A stretch of 64,000 bases of DNA from an uncultured delta proteobacterium (GTDB lineage Bacteria; Desulfobacterota; Desulfobacteria; Desulfobacterales; Desulfosalsimonadaceae): NCBI GenBank assembly GCA_963826785.1, contig CAWGYD010000001.1, positions 128,001 through 192,000 of the forward strand. Direction: 5' to 3'. The stretch's first letter is position 1, and each line of letters begins with the position of its first letter. The translations under genes and the position numbers were made by a program. Shown one piece after another: positions 61,166-64,000 of this stretch. Below the pieces are notes generated by a model, which was not told the DNA's origin, did not search any database, and was given only the letters and a program-made list of their open reading frames with translations.

Positions 61166-64000
61166 TTGGAAACATTATATGATTTCTTTATAAAACCGAA
61201 AAACCCACGGTGTTATAAGGGCGTCCAAATTGCGCTGTCGTCTCCGGAAATGATTCGGAGCTGGTCACATGGTGAGATCAAGAAACCTGAGACCATTAAT
61301 TACCGCACCTTTAAACCCGAACGGGACGGCCTGTTCTGCGCCAAGATTTTCGGGCCCACCAAGGATTACGAGTGCAACTGCGGCAAGTACAAACGGATGA
61401 AGCATCGGGGCGTCATCTGCGAAAAATGCGGTGTGGAGGTGATCCAGTCCAAAGTCCGGCGGGAGCGCATGGCCCATATCGATCTGGCCTGCCCGGTATC
61501 TCATATCTGGTTTTTGAAAAGCCTGCCCAGCAAGATCGGAAACCTTTTGGACTTGACCCTGAAGTCCCTTGAAAAGGTGATTTATTTCGACAATTACATC
61601 GTCATCGATCCCAAGGAGACGGGGCTTTCGCCCATGCAGCTGCTGTCCGAGGAAAAATATCGGGAGGCGCGGGAACTCTATGGCGCGAAATTCGAGGCCG
61701 GCATCGGAGCGGAAGCCATCCGCACCCTGATGGAGCGGATCGATATCGAAAAACTCTACAATGAACTGCGGACGGGCATCCAGGAAACCGGATCCGACGC
61801 CAAGCGCAAGAAACTGGCCAAGCGGCTCAAGGTGGTGGATGCATTCCGGCAGTCGGGGTTGAATCCCGTATGGATGGTCCTCGAAGCCATACCGGTGCTC
61901 CCGCCCGAACTGCGGCCGCTGGTGCCGCTGGAAGGCGGCCGGTTCGCGACTTCCGACTTAAACGATCTGTACCGGCGCGTGATCAACCGGAACAACCGGT
62001 TAAAGCGCCTGATGGACCTGAAAGCCCCCGATATCATCGTGCGCAATGAAAAACGGATGCTCCAGGAAGCCGTGGATGTCCTCATCGACAACGGCCGCCA
62101 GGGGCGGGTGGTGACCGGGACCAACAAGCGCCCCCTGAAATCGCTCAGCGAAACCCTGAAAGGCAAGCAGGGACGGTTTCGGCAGAACCTGCTGGGAAAG
62201 CGCGTCGACTACTCCGGACGAAGCGTTATCACCATCGGCCCCAACCTGCGGCTGCATCAATGCGGATTGCCCAAGCAGATGGCCCTTGAGCTGTTCAAAC
62301 CGTTTATTTATCACCGTCTGGAAAAAAAGGGGATCGTCACCAACGTCAAGAGCGCCAAGAAATGGGCCGAGCGCAAGAGTCCCGAGGTCTGGGATACGTT
62401 AGACGAGGTGGTCAAGGAATACCCCATCATGCTCAACCGCGCCCCCACCCTGCACCGGCTGGGTATCCAGGCATTCGAACCGGTGCTGATCGAGGGCAAG
62501 GCCATCCAGCTGCATCCCCTGGTCTGTACGGCATTCAACGCGGACTTCGACGGCGACCAGATGGCGGTGCACATTCCACTGTCTCTGGAAGCCCAGATCG
62601 AGGCCCGGGTGCTCATGCTGGCCTCAAACAACATTCTGTCCCCGGCCAACGGCAGCCCCATTATCGTCCCCACCCAGGACATCGTTCTCGGGCTCTACTA
62701 CATGACCCTGGGGCTGCAGAATGCCCGGGGGGACGGAATGGAATTTTCCGGCCCTGGCGAAGTGCGCTGCGCTTTTGATTCCGGTGCGGTGGATCTCCAT
62801 GCGAAAATCAAAGTCCGCATGGACGGCACCCGGTACGATACCACGGTGGGTCGCATTCTGCTGTGGGAGCTGATTCCCAAAGGCGAAAGCTATATCCTGC
62901 GCCACATCATGGTGCCCGATGAAGAAAAGGCGCATGCGGTGCTCGAAGAGATCGCCGGCGGCGCCTCATTTCGAGACATGGTGCACAAATACTCGGAGGC
63001 GTTTGATAAAACATATACCGGAAACATCGGGCTGCTTGAAAAGGGGGAATTCAAGGAAATATTTCAGCTCAAGGACGCCGAAGCCGGCAAGGTGTTTTCG
63101 CTCAAGCAGGATGAGATCAGCCATATTGTCCGTTCGGGCGGAAAATATCATCTTTTCAAGGTCATCGAGATCCGCAGGGAAATCCCCTTTGTGATGATCA
63201 ACAAGGTGCTCAACAAGAAAGGCCTGAGGGAACTGGTGGACTTCACCTACCGGCACAAGGGCCCCAAGGCCACGGTGGTGCTCTCCGACCAGCTCAAGGA
63301 TATCGGATACCGCCAGTCTACCGCCGGCGGGCTTTCCATCTCCATCGACGCCATGATCATCCCGGAAAGTAAAACGAGCATCTTGACCAAGGCCGAAAAG
63401 GAAGTGTCCGATATCACCAAGCAGTACACGGAAGGTCTCATCACCCAGGGGGAAAAATACAACAAGGTTGTCGACATCTGGGCCAAAGCCACCGATGACA
63501 TCGCCGATGCCATGATGGACGCCATGGAAAAACCCTATGAGGGCGTCCTGGAGAAACTGGCCCCCAGCGAAGACAACCGACTGGTCAAATCGAACGGGGG
63601 CGGGGATATGATCAACCCCATCTTCATGATGGCCGATTCCGGCGCCCGTGGAAGCAAGGACCAGATGCGTCAGCTGGCCGGTATGCGGGGGCTCATGGCC
63701 AAGCCTTCCGGAGAAATCATCGAAACGCCCATCACCGCCAATTTCCGTGAAGGTCTGTCGGTGCTCCAGTACTTCATCTCCACCCACGGGGCCCGCAAGG
63801 GTCTGGCGGATACCGCGCTGAAGACGGCCAACTCCGGGTACCTGACCCGGCGGCTGGCTGACGTGGCACAGGACTGCACGGTCATCGAAGATGACTGCGG
63901 CGTGCGCATGGGACTGGAGATCGAGGCCCTTCTGGAAGGCGGGGAAGTGATTCAGCCGCTGTCCGAGCGCGTACTCGGCCGGGTGGCCCTGGAAAATGTA
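61166..64000 (+). CDS. rpoC: RNA polymerase beta' subunit (partial, runs off window) with inserted parvulin-like domain
   Basis: TTG 61166 after [46 protein letters not shown] in one open frame. Confidence 0.98.
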   Translation, partial: METLYDFFIKPKNPRCYKGVQIALSSPEMIRSWSHGEIKKPETINYRTFKPERDGLFCAKIFGPTKDYECNCGKYKRMKHRGVICEKCGVEVIQSKVRRERMAHIDLACPVSHIWFLKSLPSKIGNLLDLTLKSLEKVIYFDNYIVIDPKETGLSPMQLLSEEKYREARELYGAKFEAGIGAEAIRTLMERIDIEKLYNELRTGIQETGSDAKRKKLAKRLKVVDAFRQSGLNPVWMVLEAIPVLPPELRPLVPLEGGRFATSDLNDLYRRVINRNNRLKRLMDLKAPDIIVRNEKRMLQEAVDVLIDNGRQGRVVTGTNKRPLKSLSETLKGKQGRFRQNLLGKRVDYSGRSVITIGPNLRLHQCGLPKQMALELFKPFIYHRLEKKGIVTNVKSAKKWAERKSPEVWDTLDEVVKEYPIMLNRAPTLHRLGIQAFEPVLIEGKAIQLHPLVCTAFNADFDGDQMAVHIPLSLEAQIEARVLMLASNNILSPANGSPIIVPTQDIVLGLYYMTLGLQNARGDGMEFSGPGEVRCAFDSGAVDLHAKIKVRMDGTRYDTTVGRILLWELIPKGESYILRHIMVPDEEKAHAVLEEIAGGASFRDMVHKYSEAFDKTYTGNIGLLEKGEFKEIFQLKDAEAGKVFSLKQDEISHIVRSGGKYHLFKVIEIRREIPFVMINKVLNKKGLRELVDFTYRHKGPKATVVLSDQLKDIGYRQSTAGGLSISIDAMIIPESKTSILTKAEKEVSDITKQYTEGLITQGEKYNKVVDIWAKATDDIADAMMDAMEKPYEGVLEKLAPSEDNRLVKSNGGGDMINPIFMMADSGARGSKDQMRQLAGMRGLMAKPSGEIIETPITANFREGLSVLQYFISTHGARKGLADTALKTANSGYLTRRLADVAQDCTVIEDDCGVRMGLEIEALLEGGEVIQPLSERVLGRVALENV
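62885..63181 (+). other. In-frame 99-aa parvulin/PpiC-type rotamase domain inside RpoC
   Basis: [30 protein letters not shown]...GNIG...[23 protein letters not shown], located between IPKG and IPFVMINK. Confidence 0.88.

Noticed and set aside
62885..63181. Intein or mobile intron as the explanation for the RpoC insert
   Set aside because: No Cys/Ser start with His-Asn end and no endonuclease motifs; the frame is continuous and the sequence follows the parvulin pattern.
63525..63610. Extra residues in RpoC before [14 protein letters not shown]
   Set aside because: This is a length-variable loop in beta' and only about 10 aa longer than in E. coli.

Overview
Core-chromosome window from a GC-rich anaerobic bacterium, most likely a Desulfobacterales-type member of Desulfobacterota. 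The taxon is inferred from the bacterial-type Wood-Ljungdahl acs operon, the split atp operon and the tuf-rpoBC layout. From left to right: (1) a minus-strand operon holding an unannotated 20-aa Cys-rich peptide gene, a 7-Cys protein, two radical SAM/SPASM enzymes, a cupin-like protein and a K+ channel, which together look like a RiPP system; (2) HD, Usp and MMPL genes; (3) an mlaEFDC-tamB-Omp85 envelope operon whose MlaF carries a degenerate GGDEF-like tail; (4) a HAD hydrolase and ettA; (5) an Fo-only, Na+-signature ATP synthase operon with a triplicated c subunit and a normal c subunit; (6) a pseudo-receiver regulator, a secreted nuclease and a DedA protein; (7) acsV-acsD-cooS-acsB-acsC-acsE; (8) a papain-like PKD protease, an FAD oxidoreductase, a YfiR plus histidine kinase pair, csp, tRNA-Arg and a LysM transglycosylase; (9) the tRNA-tuf-rpmG-secE-nusG-rplKAJL-rpoBC cluster. 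The most striking observation is a 99-aa parvulin (PpiC-type rotamase) domain inserted in frame into RNA polymerase beta'. Four single-base +1 frameshifts (two in a radical SAM gene, one each in ettA and acsC) are probably sequencing errors. I saw no CRISPR array, rRNA or mobile element. All family calls come from motif recognition by eye; no searches were run.
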